Source: Chiloscyllium plagiosum (taxonomy: Eukaryota). From it: a stretch of DNA of 64,000 nucleotides. The stretch lies in the NCBI RefSeq assembly GCF_004010195.1, contig NC_057750.1, positions 4,040,382-4,104,381 of the forward strand, written 5' to 3'. Under the pieces are notes generated by a model, which was not told the origin of the DNA, searched no databases, and worked only from the letters and a program-made list of their open reading frames with translations. Of this stretch, positions 11,596 to 22,739 are shown piece by piece. The position numbers and the translations under genes were made by a program. Position 1 is the stretch's first letter; each line of letters starts with the position of its first letter.

Positions 11596-13080
11596 TTATA
11601 TGGATCATGTTTTGTATAATCAATGATTGGTGACATTTTTGGAACTAAAAGTTGCAAGAGGTAGATGCTTGGTGGTGAGACTCAATTCTGCCCAGCCACA
11701 GGGGAGGGGACTATTACAAGATTTCCTATAGGTCATTCAGGATAATTCGGGGGTCACTGAAGAGGAGTCCAAAAGTTACTGGCAGTGAATGGAAGCAGGA
11801 GAAATTCACGATAGCGAGGTCTACGCACCATGTTAGTCAATGCTGCTTTTAGCTGTCCTGCTGAGAAGGCAATTGAATCAGATAGACTTTGTGTAGCCAG
11901 GGATCACAATGTCAGGGGAGTGATAGGGGAATCTGAAGAAGCCATGTGCCACTAATAATTCAATGCAGTTGAGAGTAGGGATTGAAAAGCCCAAAGGCAG
12001 TATTTGGTGGATGTAATTGCTGAGCAATACTGGAACTCAGTGGAAAACCTAGAGGCAGTTTCAGCTTGGTGAAATTAGCTGTTGGTGAAGTTAAGCTTGT
12101 GAATGAATGAAAACTGGAATGCAGTTTCAGCCTGGAGCTGCATAGACGGAGGATAGGAATATGACCGACCAGAACAGAAGCAATTGTTTAGGCACTCCAT
12201 GTTGAAGCAGCTCTCGACAGGGAGTTTCACGGCCAGATCAGCAAACGTAAAGAATTGTGGTCCTTCGTCAAGTTTAAAGAGACTTAATAACCACAGTGTC
12301 GTTAACGTTAGGGGAAATTGCTGAGAAATTTGTGCAATCTATCTTGATTGCAGTAACAACTTGATGTGCATTATGGGATGTTCAATCACAGTATATTCCA
12401 CATATTTAACATATTTTAATTCCCTCGGTGTCAGAAATAAATTGGACATGTAGTTTAGATTAGATTACATTAGATTACATTACATTACAGCGTGGAAACA
12501 GGCCCTTCGGCCCAACAAGTCCACACCGATCCGCCGAAGCACAACCCACCCATGCCCCTACATTTACCCCTTACCTCACACTACGGGCAATTTAGCATGG
12601 CCAATTCACCTGACCTGCACATCTTTGGACTGTGGGAGGAAACCGGAGTACCACCACGCAGACACAGGGAGAACGTGCAAACTCCACACAGTCAGTCGCC
12701 TGAGGCGGGAATTGAACCCGGGTCTCAGGCGCTGTGAGGCAGCAGTGCTAACCACTGTGCCACCGTGCTGCCCCGTGTTGACTGTATTACTGTTCTAAAT
12801 TGTAAATAAACACACATTGTTGTTTGGTCAAACTGTGCAATCTTGTGGATTTATTTTCTTTAGTAAGTACCCTGGATCTCATACATTGTGTACTTGTGTC
12901 AGAGTTGTAATGTCCCTGACCCTGAACCAGGAGGCCTTGGTTCGAGTCACACCTGCTCCAGAGGTGTATCATATCATCTCTGAACAGGTTCATTAGAAAA
13001 ATAGGTAAAAATAAAAAAAAAGTTACCATTCCATATCCAGATTGTAACATAAATTGATGGCCAGATCCAGGACTGTAACA
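11596..13080 (+). mobile_element. Possible old LTR carrying nested SINEs
   Basis: Begins tgtta, AATAAA near 12805, ends tgtaaca (twice, near 13050 and at 13080). No TSD found. Confidence 0.3.
12454..12774 (-). mobile_element. HE1-type V-SINE
   Basis: Reverse complement of the 8555 element; (ttaga/ttaca)n tail. Confidence 0.92.
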
Positions 13081-13094
13081 GCATTGGCTGCATT

Positions 13095-13480
13095 TGTACC
13101 CTCTTTAATATGGAAGATTAAGGGTCATCTTCAGTGTTTATGACTGAAGGATACAATAGGTCAATAAACAGAAACTTTTTTTGTGGCAGCCTTATCCAAT
13201 ACAAGGATTAAGAATCTTAAAATCAGAGCTAGGCATTTGTCGGCTGATATCAGGAAGCACTCCTTCACCCAAAGGGCGGCTGAAATTTGGAATTCTCTCC
13301 CTTCAATGTCTTTAGGGCTGGATGTCCAGTAGAAATTTGCAAACTGAGAATGACAGATTGTGTTGGGCAAGGGTATTGAAGTATGTGGAAGCAAGGTAAA
13401 TCGAGATACAGACTGATCATGATTTGATTGAACGGCAGAACAGGCGTAAAGGTTTGAATGGCTTTCTTCTGTTCCTGTTT
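13095..13480 (+). mobile_element. Old CR1-type LINE 3' fragment
   Basis: Degenerate 3' end motifs (caggaagcactccttcacccaaaggg...tggaattctctccc), same family as 29895-30487. Confidence 0.65.
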
Positions 13481-13984
13481 GTCTACCTGTAAGAGTGGTT
13501 TGTAACTATGAGATGATTGGTAACAGCACCCCAATTGGCTTCGTGTGCAAGCTGAACTCTTTCCATGATTTTACTTTACTTATTAAGTATACCTCAGTGA
13601 GAAAGCAACAACAGTAATTAGCTAATGTACCATTAGAGGGCAGCATGTCACACAACACCAGAAACTGGATTGTACAGAACACAGGAGTACTTTCCAAACA
13701 GAATACAGACAGTCCTTCAATCCTGTATGAGATTCAGAATGTTCTGCCCAGACAGGGTCTGATTAGCCATAGCACATTTCGTGTTACCAACTGACGGCTG
13801 AATGCTATACTGTTGTTGTATCATGATCAATCTAGTTTATGGTCTGTCTTTTTTCCAATACTTGTTCCAAATACTTCATACAGACACAAGAAAACATATG
13901 AAGAAAGACAGAAAATCCTTAACCCCATTTCTTTCGATTCAGTGTGCATCCATCACAACACAATCAGATTACAGACTTTGCCCT

Positions 13985-14185
13985 TCCAACTTTGTTAGTG
14001 TGTGTGATAATGGCACAGAATCTTTTACAGCAACCTGAGAGCACAAATGGGGCCTCAGTTGTGTTTGTCCAAAAGGCAGCAACCCTAACAATGCTGCACG
14101 CCATCTGTCCTTCACTTGGAAGGTCAGCCTCGCTTCCTTTTGTGTTGGACTTAAACCCATGAACTTCTGATTGCCACTGAGCTGG
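13985..14185 (-). mobile_element. Old Deu-domain SINE
   Basis: Minus strand has a tRNA-like head, then tgcagcattgttagggttgctgccttttggac...gaggccccatttgtgctctcagg. Confidence 0.65.
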
Positions 14186-14609
14186 GGGTTCAGCTTGATT
14201 AATTAGTCTCTCTTCCAATGTCTTCTGATTCGACTGTTCTTGGAATACAAGTTGCTTCCTGAAGTCTTGCGGGTGTTCTTTGTAGGTGCGTGGTTTTTAG
14301 AAAAACAATCCTGTACAACAAATTGTTTTGACTCCTGCAATTTCCAACCAGAGTTCAGTTCAGTGCATGACAAATGACACAAACAGCCCATTCAATCAAT
14401 CTAGTTCACACTGCCGGCTATGCTCCCAGTCCTTTCATTGCATTCTGCCAGCATATCCTACTTGTTCTCCCTTGCGTGTTTGAACAGCTTCCACATTCAT
14501 TGTTTCAATGCTATTCACTTCAAATCACATTCTCACCACTCTCTGAGTAAAGGAGTTTCTCCTGGATTCTGTAAGGTTTCTTTCATATTGATGGTCTACA
14601 ATTCTGACT

Positions 14610-14890
14610 TGATTTGATTTGATTTAATTTATTATTGTCACACGCACCTAGGTACAGTGAAACGTGTTGTTTTAAATGCAGTACAGGCAGATCATATCAT
14701 ACAAAGTTATAAAGATGATAGAACAGAGTGAGGAATACAATGTTACGACTGCGGAGAAGGTGCACAAAAAGTGAGATCAACATTTAATTTTAAATTTGAG
14801 AGCTCCATTCAGAAGTCTAATAACAGCAGGGAAGAAGCTGTTCTTAAATCTGTTGGTCCCTGTGTTTAGGTTTTCGTATTTCTTTTTCAA
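14610..14890 (-). mobile_element. Rex/Babar-type LINE 3' UTR fragment
   Basis: (tgatt)n tail and cagggaagaagctgttctt motif shared with the longer copies at 16952, 25940 and 43896. Confidence 0.75.
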
Positions 14891-15203
14891 TGGAAATATT
14901 TTCTCTGTGTCTATTGAATGCACCTGCCAAAACTATTGCCTAATTATATTGTATGAAGCATTGAAACGTGAGGAAAAACCTTTTCAGTGTTAGCAGAACC
15001 AGGAGAGAGATGTGAGTAAATTTTCTATATAGCCTTAACATTCTTGTTTTATCTGTTATTTAAAGGCTGATTCACATAAACCCATGGCCCCTAACTGATT
15101 GGTAACGCTGATGCTGCTGCACCTGCACCTGAAGGTGCGTGTGAGATGAGACAGCCCTCTTTTGAGCATTGTGAATTGGCAGCATTGCCCGGAAATACTG
15201 CCG

Positions 15204-15320
15204 ATATTTTCTAATTAACCCGTTCGGAAATGGTATAACACAACTTTGGGCAGGTGGGACATAAATCCAGGTTTCCTGACTCAGAGGCACGGACACTACC
15301 ACTGTACCACAAGAGCCCCT
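15204..15320 (-). mobile_element. Short (~115 bp) tRNA-derived SINE; related copies at about 12897-13002(+), 27806-27903(-) and 47688-47795(+)
   Basis: Reverse complement matches the 16441 copy (ggggctcttgtggtacagtggtagtgtcc...ctgagtcagg...tcccacctg). Confidence 0.75.
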
Positions 15321-16440
15321 GAAAATATTGTAGCACTACTGGGATGATCTTTGCAATCTGTATCCTCCCTAATTTATTTAATGGAGCCTTCCAAAATTAT
15401 AAATCAAGTTGTCATCACAACTAGCTTGCACATGTTCGGTGAGGGTGGATGGAGCAGAGTCTCATTTACAAGATAAGCACTGTGCTAGCTTCCCATTTGT
15501 CCTCTAAATAAATCTCAGTGTGGAGTGTGTGTAGAACACTGCAGTTTGTCACACCCATCCTTCTCCTGGAAAATGGGTGCAACAGAACTCCAATTTCTAC
15601 CCCCGTGTCTGATTGTCTGGCAGCATGATGTCTAGGGCAGCCCACTCAAAACATTAATTGATACAATTGCTGTGTCTGGAACACAAGCTCAGACCTGCCA
15701 TCCCTCCCATTTGAAAATATGCAGCCTCTTTCTCCATGCCTCATTCTTTGGAAAGAGTTCCAGTCTGGAGCTTTCAAATCTCTTAAACATGCACTTAACA
15801 AACATCCTTCCCTGGTACAACAGACACTGTAAGCTAATTGCTTTTAGCAATGGGAGTGCACTTCTATCTGGTGTGAGAAGGTAATATCCTAAAACTAACA
15901 CTTAGTGCTTAATTTTCTGAACAAGATGTGAAAATGGGAAGCTGACATGCTGTGCACACTTGTCAGTTCCCAAATTGTTTTGGTACTCTTAACATAAAAT
16001 TAAACCATGTAATCACTCTCCCAGACATGATCACTTTCACTGGATGTAATTAAGAGGATTTCGAATCCACATTTGTGAATTAACACTTAAATTTCCCTTG
16101 ATTCTTTTCGCTGATTCAGTAACACATTGAGTCAAAGCGGTTGGCATCATTTCTGAATCTGACACTCAAAATTCTGGGCTGACACCTGACCAAGCTGAGA
16201 GGGACTGAATATCGGTTCAGGAGGCAACACATAATAGTGGGGAATAATTTGACCACTTTCCAATTTTATCACCATCACATTGCTGGGGAACAGTCCCATG
16301 GATGTCCCTCAGCCTCTCATCGAAGTAACCACTCCTCCTGTGTCCATCCAGATGGTGAATGCTGGAGACTATTTGACTAAAAGGAGCATCAAAGCTTCAT
16401 CTGATATGCAGCAGCTACGTGAATATCTCTTTCAATTGGG

Positions 16441-16545
16441 AGGGGCGCTTGTGGTGCAGTGGTAGTGTCCTCCCTCTGAGCCAGGCGGCCTGGGTTCAAG
16501 TCCCACCTATTCCAGAGATGGTTCCGAAACACCTCTGAACAGGAG
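16441..16545 (+). mobile_element. Short tRNA-derived SINE
   Basis: A-box tggtgcagtgg and B-box ggttcaagtcc followed by a non-tRNA tail ...ctctgaacagg; multi-copy in the window. Confidence 0.8.
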
Positions 16546-16799
16546 AACACCCTACTTTTATTTAGACCTATTACCCAATACTTGAACAACAAAGGAAAAC
16601 AAACCTATTTCATTCCTCTTCCTTGGGCTCTGGCTGTACTGAAGCTAGTGGTTGCAATCCAACAGTGGTCTAGCAAGGGAGCACTCAGAGCAGTTTCTGA
16701 TGCATTACCTTCTTAGATGATTTGGTCATCAAATCTTAATTCAGAGTGATCTTGTGAAACAACTTAGATCAGACCCCCCTGTCAGTCCCGCAAGGGAAC

Positions 16800-16951
16800 C
16801 CAATAAATACAAACACATTGAGGAGCTCCTGTGAATACTGATATCTCTTCCCAGGGAAACCTTGTAAATACTGAAGTACGTCCCTTGTGAGACATTCTGA
16901 ACACTGACACATTTCCTGGGCAGCTCCCGCAAACACTGACTGTCTCCCCGG
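16800..16951. repeat. Left part of the ~34-bp minisatellite (4-5 degenerate units)
   Basis: gtgaatactgatatc, gtaaatactgaagta, ctgaacactgacaca and gcaaacactgactgt spaced ~33 bp apart. Confidence 0.8.
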
Positions 16952-18322
16952 TTGTTCTTTTTTGTTTTTGATTTATATTGTTGTCACATATACAGAGGTA
17001 CAGTGAAAAGTATTGTTTTGAGTGCTTTACAGGGAGCTTGTACCATACAAAGTGCATTAGATAGCAGAACAGAGTGCAGGATACAATATTACAGCTACAG
17101 AGAAGGAGCAGAGAGAGAGATCAGAATCAGTGTTTCAGAGGTCCGTTCAAAAGTCTGTTAATAGCAGGGAAGAAGCTGTTCTTGAATCTTGCAAGTGCAC
17201 TCAAGCTTTTATATCCTCTGCCCGATGGAAGAGGGCGAGAGTATAACCAGTGTGGGAAGCGTCTTTGATTATGTTGGCTACTTTTCCGAGGCAATGGGAA
17301 GCCTAGATGATGTCAGTGGATGGAAGGCTGGTTTGTGTGATGCACTAGCCTGTGTGTACGACTCTCTAGTTTCTTGCGGTTTTTGTAACAGCAGTTGCCA
17401 TATCATGCTGTGATACATCCAGGTAGGATGCTTTCACTGGTGCATCTACAAAAATTGCTCAGAGTGCATGTGGACATGTTGAATTTCCTTTGCCTCCTGA
17501 GGAAGTAGAGATGTTGCACTTTCTTGACTATCACATCAGCATGGATGGACCAGGACAGATCATCACTCCGAGGAATTTGATACTCTTGACTATCTCCACC
17601 TCAGCAGCATTAATGCAGACAGGAGCGTTGCCTCTACTCTGCTTCCTTAAGTCAATGATCAGCTCCTTCATTTTGCTGACATTGATGGAGAGATTGTTGT
17701 TTTTACACCATGCCATTAAGCACTCAATCTCTTTCCTGCATTTCGTCTCATTACTTAAGGTTCAACCTATAACAATGGTGTTGTCAGCAAACTTGTAAAT
17801 GAAGTTAGGGAGGAATTTTGCCACATAGATGTGAGTGTATAAGGAGTATAGTAAGGGGCTGAGTTTTGCAGCCTTGTGGGGCACCACTATTGTGGATTAT
17901 TGTGGAGGAAGTGTCGTCTCCTATTCTTACTGATTGCAGTTTATAGGTCAGGAAGTTGAGGATCCAGTTACAGAGAGGTGAGCAAATACCCACATCTCAG
18001 AGTTTAGAGATTAATTTGTTTGGAATGATAGTGTTGAGGGAGGAGCTGTAGTCAATAAGTAGGAGCTTGACCTCAGTATCCTTGTTATTCAGATGTTCTA
18101 GGGATGAGTATAGGGCCAGAGAGAGGACATCTGCAGTTGACTCTTTGTGCTGGTAGGCGAATTGCAAAGGATCAAGGCAATTTTTGGTAACTTTGAGTTG
18201 ATGTGAACCATGACTAACTTCTTGAAGTGTTTCATAATTATGGATGTCAGATTCACCAGGCGGTAATCTTTGAGACATTCTGAACAGTTTTTTTTTGGCA
18301 CAGGGATGATGGTCGTCTTCTT
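16952..18322 (-). mobile_element. Rex/Babar-clade LINE, 5'-truncated and degenerate
   Basis: LDPLQFAYQ...LLIDYSSSLNTIIPNKLISKL, LCNWILNFLT...SGAPQGC, WCKNNNLSINVSKMKELIIDLRK: typical Rex1/Babar RT peptides. Confidence 0.88.
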
Positions 18323-18970
18323 TGTGAATACTGACACACCCCATTGGAGGATTGCCTGTAAGTAGTGGCACACTCACTTGGAGGTCCCCTGGTGAATATT
18401 GATACAATCCACGGGGGGCGGCCACCGTGAATACTGACACTCCTGGGAATTGCCTTGTAAATACTCACAAACTCTCCTGAGGAGGCTGATGTGAATATTG
18501 ACAAACTCACCTCTGGAGAATCCTGCTTGCAAAGACTGCGACACTCCCCTGTGCATCCCCTTGTAAATATTGACACACTCCCCTTAGTATGTTTGTGAAT
18601 GACACAGGACCCTTGAGGTCCCTCTGTAAATACTGACACACTCCCCTTGAGATTCCCCTGTAAATACTGACACCCTCCCCCGCTGGGCACCGTGTAAAAA
18701 CTGACACACTCCCCTTGGAATCTGTTTGCGAATGACACAGGACACTTGAGGTCCACCTGTAAATACTGATACACTCCCCTGAAAATAGACACCCTCCCCC
18801 ACTGGGCACTGCCTGTAAATACTGACACACTCCCCTTTGAGACTTTCCTGTAAGTACTGACACCCACCCCCCGGCAATGCCGACACCCTCCTTCCCTGCG
18901 TATTGCCTGTAAGTACTGACACACTCCCCTTGGGATTCCCCTGTAAACACTGACACTCTCTCAGGAGAGA
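18323..18970. repeat. ~34-bp minisatellite, ~20 units, core TGTAAATACTGACACACTCCCC
   Basis: Units start near 18323, 18357, 18391, 18426, 18456, 18490, 18528, 18562, 18594, 18625, 18659, 18693, 18727, 18758, 18780, 18814, 18849, 18875, 18908 and 18942. Confidence 0.95.
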
Positions 18971-19026
18971 CCTCTTTTGCTGCACTGGATGCAATCACTG
19001 CGCGCAAGACGCTTGCGCAGCCCGTG

Positions 19027-19083
19027 GTTGCTAGGAAACCGACCCATTGTTAGTAACTGAGATGGGCGGGGCCTGGCTGACGT
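19027..19083. promoter_or_regulatory. RFX X-box, GC box and CRE-like site
   Basis: GTTGCTAGGAAAC 19027-19039; GGGCGGGGC 19064-19072; TGACGT 19078-19083. Confidence 0.65.
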
Positions 19084-19452
19084 AGGACGCAGAAGCACAA
19101 CGGGCCGCAATTTAAAATCTTACGCACGAGATGGGGGGGCGAAGTGGGAAGAAAGCTTTTCGTTTTTAAAATAAAACTTGGGATCGACCTTAAATCCTTG
19201 GAGAATATCCAATGGAACGAGATTCCGCGATTGTATTTTAAAATTCGGGCACTCACTCATTGTTCTGAGAGGCATGGGGTAAAAAAAAAGAGTATGAATA
19301 TCTCCTCGTCGACGGTCATCATGTTGAAGGTTATTTTGTCTTTGTGGGCCAAGGAAGCTTTTATCTGATGACAAAAAGTTGAATATTCACATCCCACCTC
19401 TACTCCCCGCCCAGCAAACACATCCCGCCTCCGCTCTCCCTTAGGCTCACTC

Positions 19453-19478
19453 GTTGCCAAGGCAAAAGTGCGCATGCG
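19453..19478. promoter_or_regulatory. RFX X-box next to an NRF1 site
   Basis: GTTGCCAAGGCAAA 19453-19466; TGCGCATGCG 19469-19478. Confidence 0.75.
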
Positions 19479-19490
19479 TTTGCCGGGAGC

Positions 19491-19733
19491 CCGCTGGGAG
19501 TTGAAGTCCTGCTGCAATGGGATAGAGCAGCGGTTGGTCAGTGGGTGCACTACAACTCCCAGCACCCTCTACGAAGGGGGTGGGGCTACCAGCCTAGGCG
19601 CCGTTGCGGACCGTTGGTGGGGAAACGGGCCGTCTGCCTATGTGCATGCCGGGAGTGGTAGTTTCCCCACCTCCACCAACCCACCGTCTTTCCATCGAAC
19701 CGTTCACCTGATTGACTACAAATCCCGCCGTGC
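19491..19733. promoter_or_regulatory. Four ZNF143/SBS (ACTACAnnTCCC) motifs in alternating orientation
   Basis: (-) GGACTTCAACTCCCAGCGG 19509-19491; (+) ACTACAACTCCCAGCA from 19549; (-) AACTACCACTCCCGGCATGCAC 19663-19642; (+) GACTACAAATCCCGCCGTGC 19714-19733. Confidence 0.85.
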
Positions 19734-19751
19734 TGCTGGCGGCCGGGTCTG

Positions 19752-19855
19752 ATGGCGGCTTTGGGGGTGGGTGAAGAGGGTGGAGCCCTCGAGCAAGAGC
19801 ACTCGGTTGGAAGCGAAAGGAGTGACATTGGCGAAGGAGGCGGTCTGTCGCCGAG
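19752..19855 (+). CDS. Probable first exon of an unidentified gene (MAALGVGEEGGALEQEHSVGSERSDIGEGGGLSP..., phase-2 intron)
   Basis: ATGGCGGC (start codon overlapping a YY1 motif) just downstream of the SBS cluster; open for 104 nt to a consensus donor GAG|GTAAGG. A second strong donor AAG|GTAAGA lies at 20060/20061. Could instead be a 5' UTR exon. Confidence 0.6.
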
Positions 19856-21917
19856 GTAAGGATCGGAGGTCCGTAAATGTGTGCGGGAGAGCGGAGGAGA
19901 GAAAGGGGAGAAACATAAAGAACTTTCGCTTGCTATCTTTTGGGTTTGGCGGTGTGGCCTAAGAGAGAGGAGTTGCTTTGGGGCCCTCAGTGGGGCATCA
20001 GCTTCTTTGGTCCCGGGGGCTCTGGTCGTTGTCGCCTCGGCTGATGACAGACAGGCGAAGGTAAGAAGGCAAGCCCTCAGCACCAGCCAGGAACTCCCTG
20101 CAAACTCTTCCCTCGCCCTGCAGAAATCACAACGCAAAGAAGCAAAACAAAAGTGGTCGCCCGGGCTCTTTTGATTTAAAAAGACAAATCTTTAATTCGT
20201 AATGAACATGGCATCTCATGTAAAAATGATTTCAACTCTTGCCCATTATAAAGTTCGTTCCGTTCCGTTCCTTTCGGGCGCAGTCACTTGTAACGCCACT
20301 TTTAAGTTTCCCTAGAAGGTAACGTTTCAGATCGTCCCTTTTAAAGTGTTTAACGCGGTTTAATTTTCTGGAAATCGTCGTTTTTGTGATCAAATGCATA
20401 AAGGATTTTTGGTGTTATCAGACCGATTCCAAAAGGTATCGGTAGCGAGGTGGTGTCAAGTGACGAGTCCGGTATCAAACGTGTTAGCTAATTGTGGGGG
20501 AAGTAATTTAGGTTTTTTTTTGTGTTCCTCGCAAGGTAACGATATGCCAGTTGTAGATCCAGCATTTATATGCAGTGGTAAAATTTAAACAGCGCAGATG
20601 GCTGTTAGCATTAATAAATTGACTTTTCCTTAAGCTTTCAAACATTTATACTCCTTGAATGAATGCTGACTGATATTCTTAAAATACCATTCGCGCGGCA
20701 AAGGAGCATTACAACACATCGAAGATTGGCACTATTTTCGAGTTAAAGTATTAATCTGGATGCATTTTTGTTTAGAGAATAGCTCTGACAGCACTTTAGT
20801 GAGAATTTTAATATTGATTTAAGATTTTTAAGGTAAAACTGATGTTGAGAAAAAAAACATAATTTTAGCGCTAGTTGGATAGTCATATTTGCGTTTCAGT
20901 AGTGGTCTTGGTTCCATATCTCTTTGAAGCTGTGTTGGATTTGTTCGGCTGTGGTGATCGGTGATTTTGCCTTTCCCCAGTATTATGCATGTTGCAAAGA
21001 CTTTATTCATGATCAAATAAATTAACTTGCTTTAGAAGTAATTTCGAAAGCTGGAACATTTCAACGGGCAATAATCACGGAAAAGATGTTTTGTTTATTT
21101 ACAGCAATTTTCACAACCTCGTGAGTTTCAAAATGCTTTCAAGCCAATTAAATACTTCTGAACGATAACCACTGTAGTAATGTAGGAAGTAAACAAAATA
21201 AAATGTGCCTGAGATCTCTGAATCTGCCCTGTTTTGAAGCGTCTTTGGTACTTTAGTCGAAATGTATCAGTTCAGTGTTTCATTTTGCTAATTGCAAGCT
21301 CAAACAGCTTTCTTGTCCTGCAATCTAACATGGAAGCATTCAGAGTTAACAGCTATGGTCTTATTTTTGAGAATTGTGTAATAAAGATGAGGTGTAAGTA
21401 AATATTTTTAGACTTGAATAATTTGTGGGAACCATAATTTTATTTTGCCTTTCTGTGTATATATTTGAGCAATGGTTCAATGCACCATTGTAAAGATTCA
21501 ATTCAGTGTTAATGGTTTACTTACACTTAACTTTAAAGATAATTGCAATTTCTTTCAATTTTCATGAGATGTGTAGCTCTCAGGAAAAGCACCAAGCAGA
21601 AGCTTGGCTCATCAGTAGTGAAGGTTAAGAGGGCAAGTCAGTTATCCTCCTCAGATTTATCAGGTTAGTGACATGGATCAGATGTGATGTATGTGTGTTT
21701 TAAAAGCAAGACTTGCTTACACAAAAAATCTTCCTGTGTCTTGGCTTTTTATGTAGATTCCTTTGAACTTCAGTCATAGTCATTTCTGCCTATATAATGA
21801 ATGTCATTTTTGTGCACAAGATTTCATAAGCAGGAATGTAGTCATTTAAGGTTTCTATTGGTGTTGGTTTAGAAAAGAATATTTGTCAGAATATGCCCCA
21901 CTATGTTTGGAATCAGA

Positions 21918-22365
21918 TTTGAAGAGTATGGTGCTGGAAAAGCACAGTCGGTCAGGCAGCATCCGAGGAGCAGGAGAGTCAACATTTCGAGCAAAGCTCT
22001 TCATCAGGAATGTGGGGGCTGAAGATGAATGGGAGAGGGGTGGGGAAGGCAGCTAGGAATGTGATGGGTATGTGTAGGTGGGGGCGAAGGCAATAGGTCA
22101 GAGGAGGGTGGAGATGGAAATGTGTTGCTGGAAAAGCGCAGCAGGTCAGGCAGCTCTAGGGAACAGGAGAATCGACGTTTCGGGCATTAGCCCTTCTTCA
22201 GGAGGGTGGAGCAAATAGATGGGAAGGAAGAGGGACAGGTAGGACAGTTCAAGTCGGCGGTGACGAGTTGGGAGGTTTGATAAGGTGGTGGGAGGGGAAA
22301 TGGGGGAAACTGGTGATATCCACATTGATCCTGTGTGGTTGGAGGGTCCTAAGGCAGAAAATTGA
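21918..22365 (-). mobile_element. Penelope-like (Neptune-like) 3' fragment with a nested second 3'-end copy; two hammerhead motifs
   Basis: Same GIY-YIG end and GA-rich tail as 1-236. Nested copy 22114-22199 is flanked by a 12-bp TSD aggagggtggag (22102-22113, 22200-22211). Confidence 0.85.
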
Positions 22366-22739
22366 GAGGAATCATTCTACTGATTCTTCACTTAAGTAAA
22401 CTGGAACCATGAGGCAGAGTTTGATGTCTGCTTTGCTCAAAGTTCAATTCTGCAATGTTCCAGTTGATTTTGAACTGGCTTAGATGTCCTGTCTAGATTC
22501 TGTGCTCAAGTTCTTATGACTAAAGGCAAGAATGTGATTGAGCTGAACTGATAGTGAGAAATATCATTACAGTTGATAATGTTCCTAAATTTAAACAAAA
22601 TGCTGAAAATACTGTTCAGGTTTGGAGCATTTGTGGAGGAGGAAAAGACATTCTAATGTTTTGCTTAACTGATCGTACATTAGTTCTAGCCAGACATCCT
22701 AGACGAGTCCCAGTTCTCAACCACAATTTTCAACTTCAT

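Larger units (their letters stand above)
18990..20760. promoter_or_regulatory. CpG-island promoter, possibly bidirectional
   Basis: Sharp rise in CpG and GC relative to the CpG-depleted flanks; no transposon fragments inside; dense housekeeping-promoter motifs. Confidence 0.9.

Noticed and set aside
13964..14391. Minus-strand exon suggested by ORFs 13964..14218 and 14203..14391
   Set aside because: The frames run into a Deu-domain SINE, and all three frames after the best acceptor hit stops.
15689..15901. Minus-strand ORF with possible splice sites (MFVKCMFKRFESS...)
   Set aside because: Weak donor, poor pyrimidine tract and no recognisable homology.
16441..16510. tRNA gene
   Set aside because: A and B boxes present, but no complete cloverleaf or terminator, and it is multi-copy with a shared non-tRNA tail: a SINE head. 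The same applies to the HE1 heads.
18323..18970. CRISPR-like look (conserved core plus variable spacer)
   Set aside because: Vertebrate context, no cas genes, degenerate cores, and the short spacers are related to one another; it is a minisatellite.
18253..19007. Overlapping 136-223 aa minus-strand ORFs
   Set aside because: Several frames are open with repetitive GVCQYLQ/GSVSVFT peptides, a by-product of the tandem repeat.
19752..19855. Naming the gene from its N-terminus (BRAF, WWOX, RBM33, FTO considered)
   Set aside because: Only the generic MAAL-type start is shared; the diagnostic residues I recall for those proteins are absent.
19257..20174. Long ORFs on both strands of the CpG island
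   Set aside because: Expected from high GC; mostly non-ATG starts and no recognisable domains.
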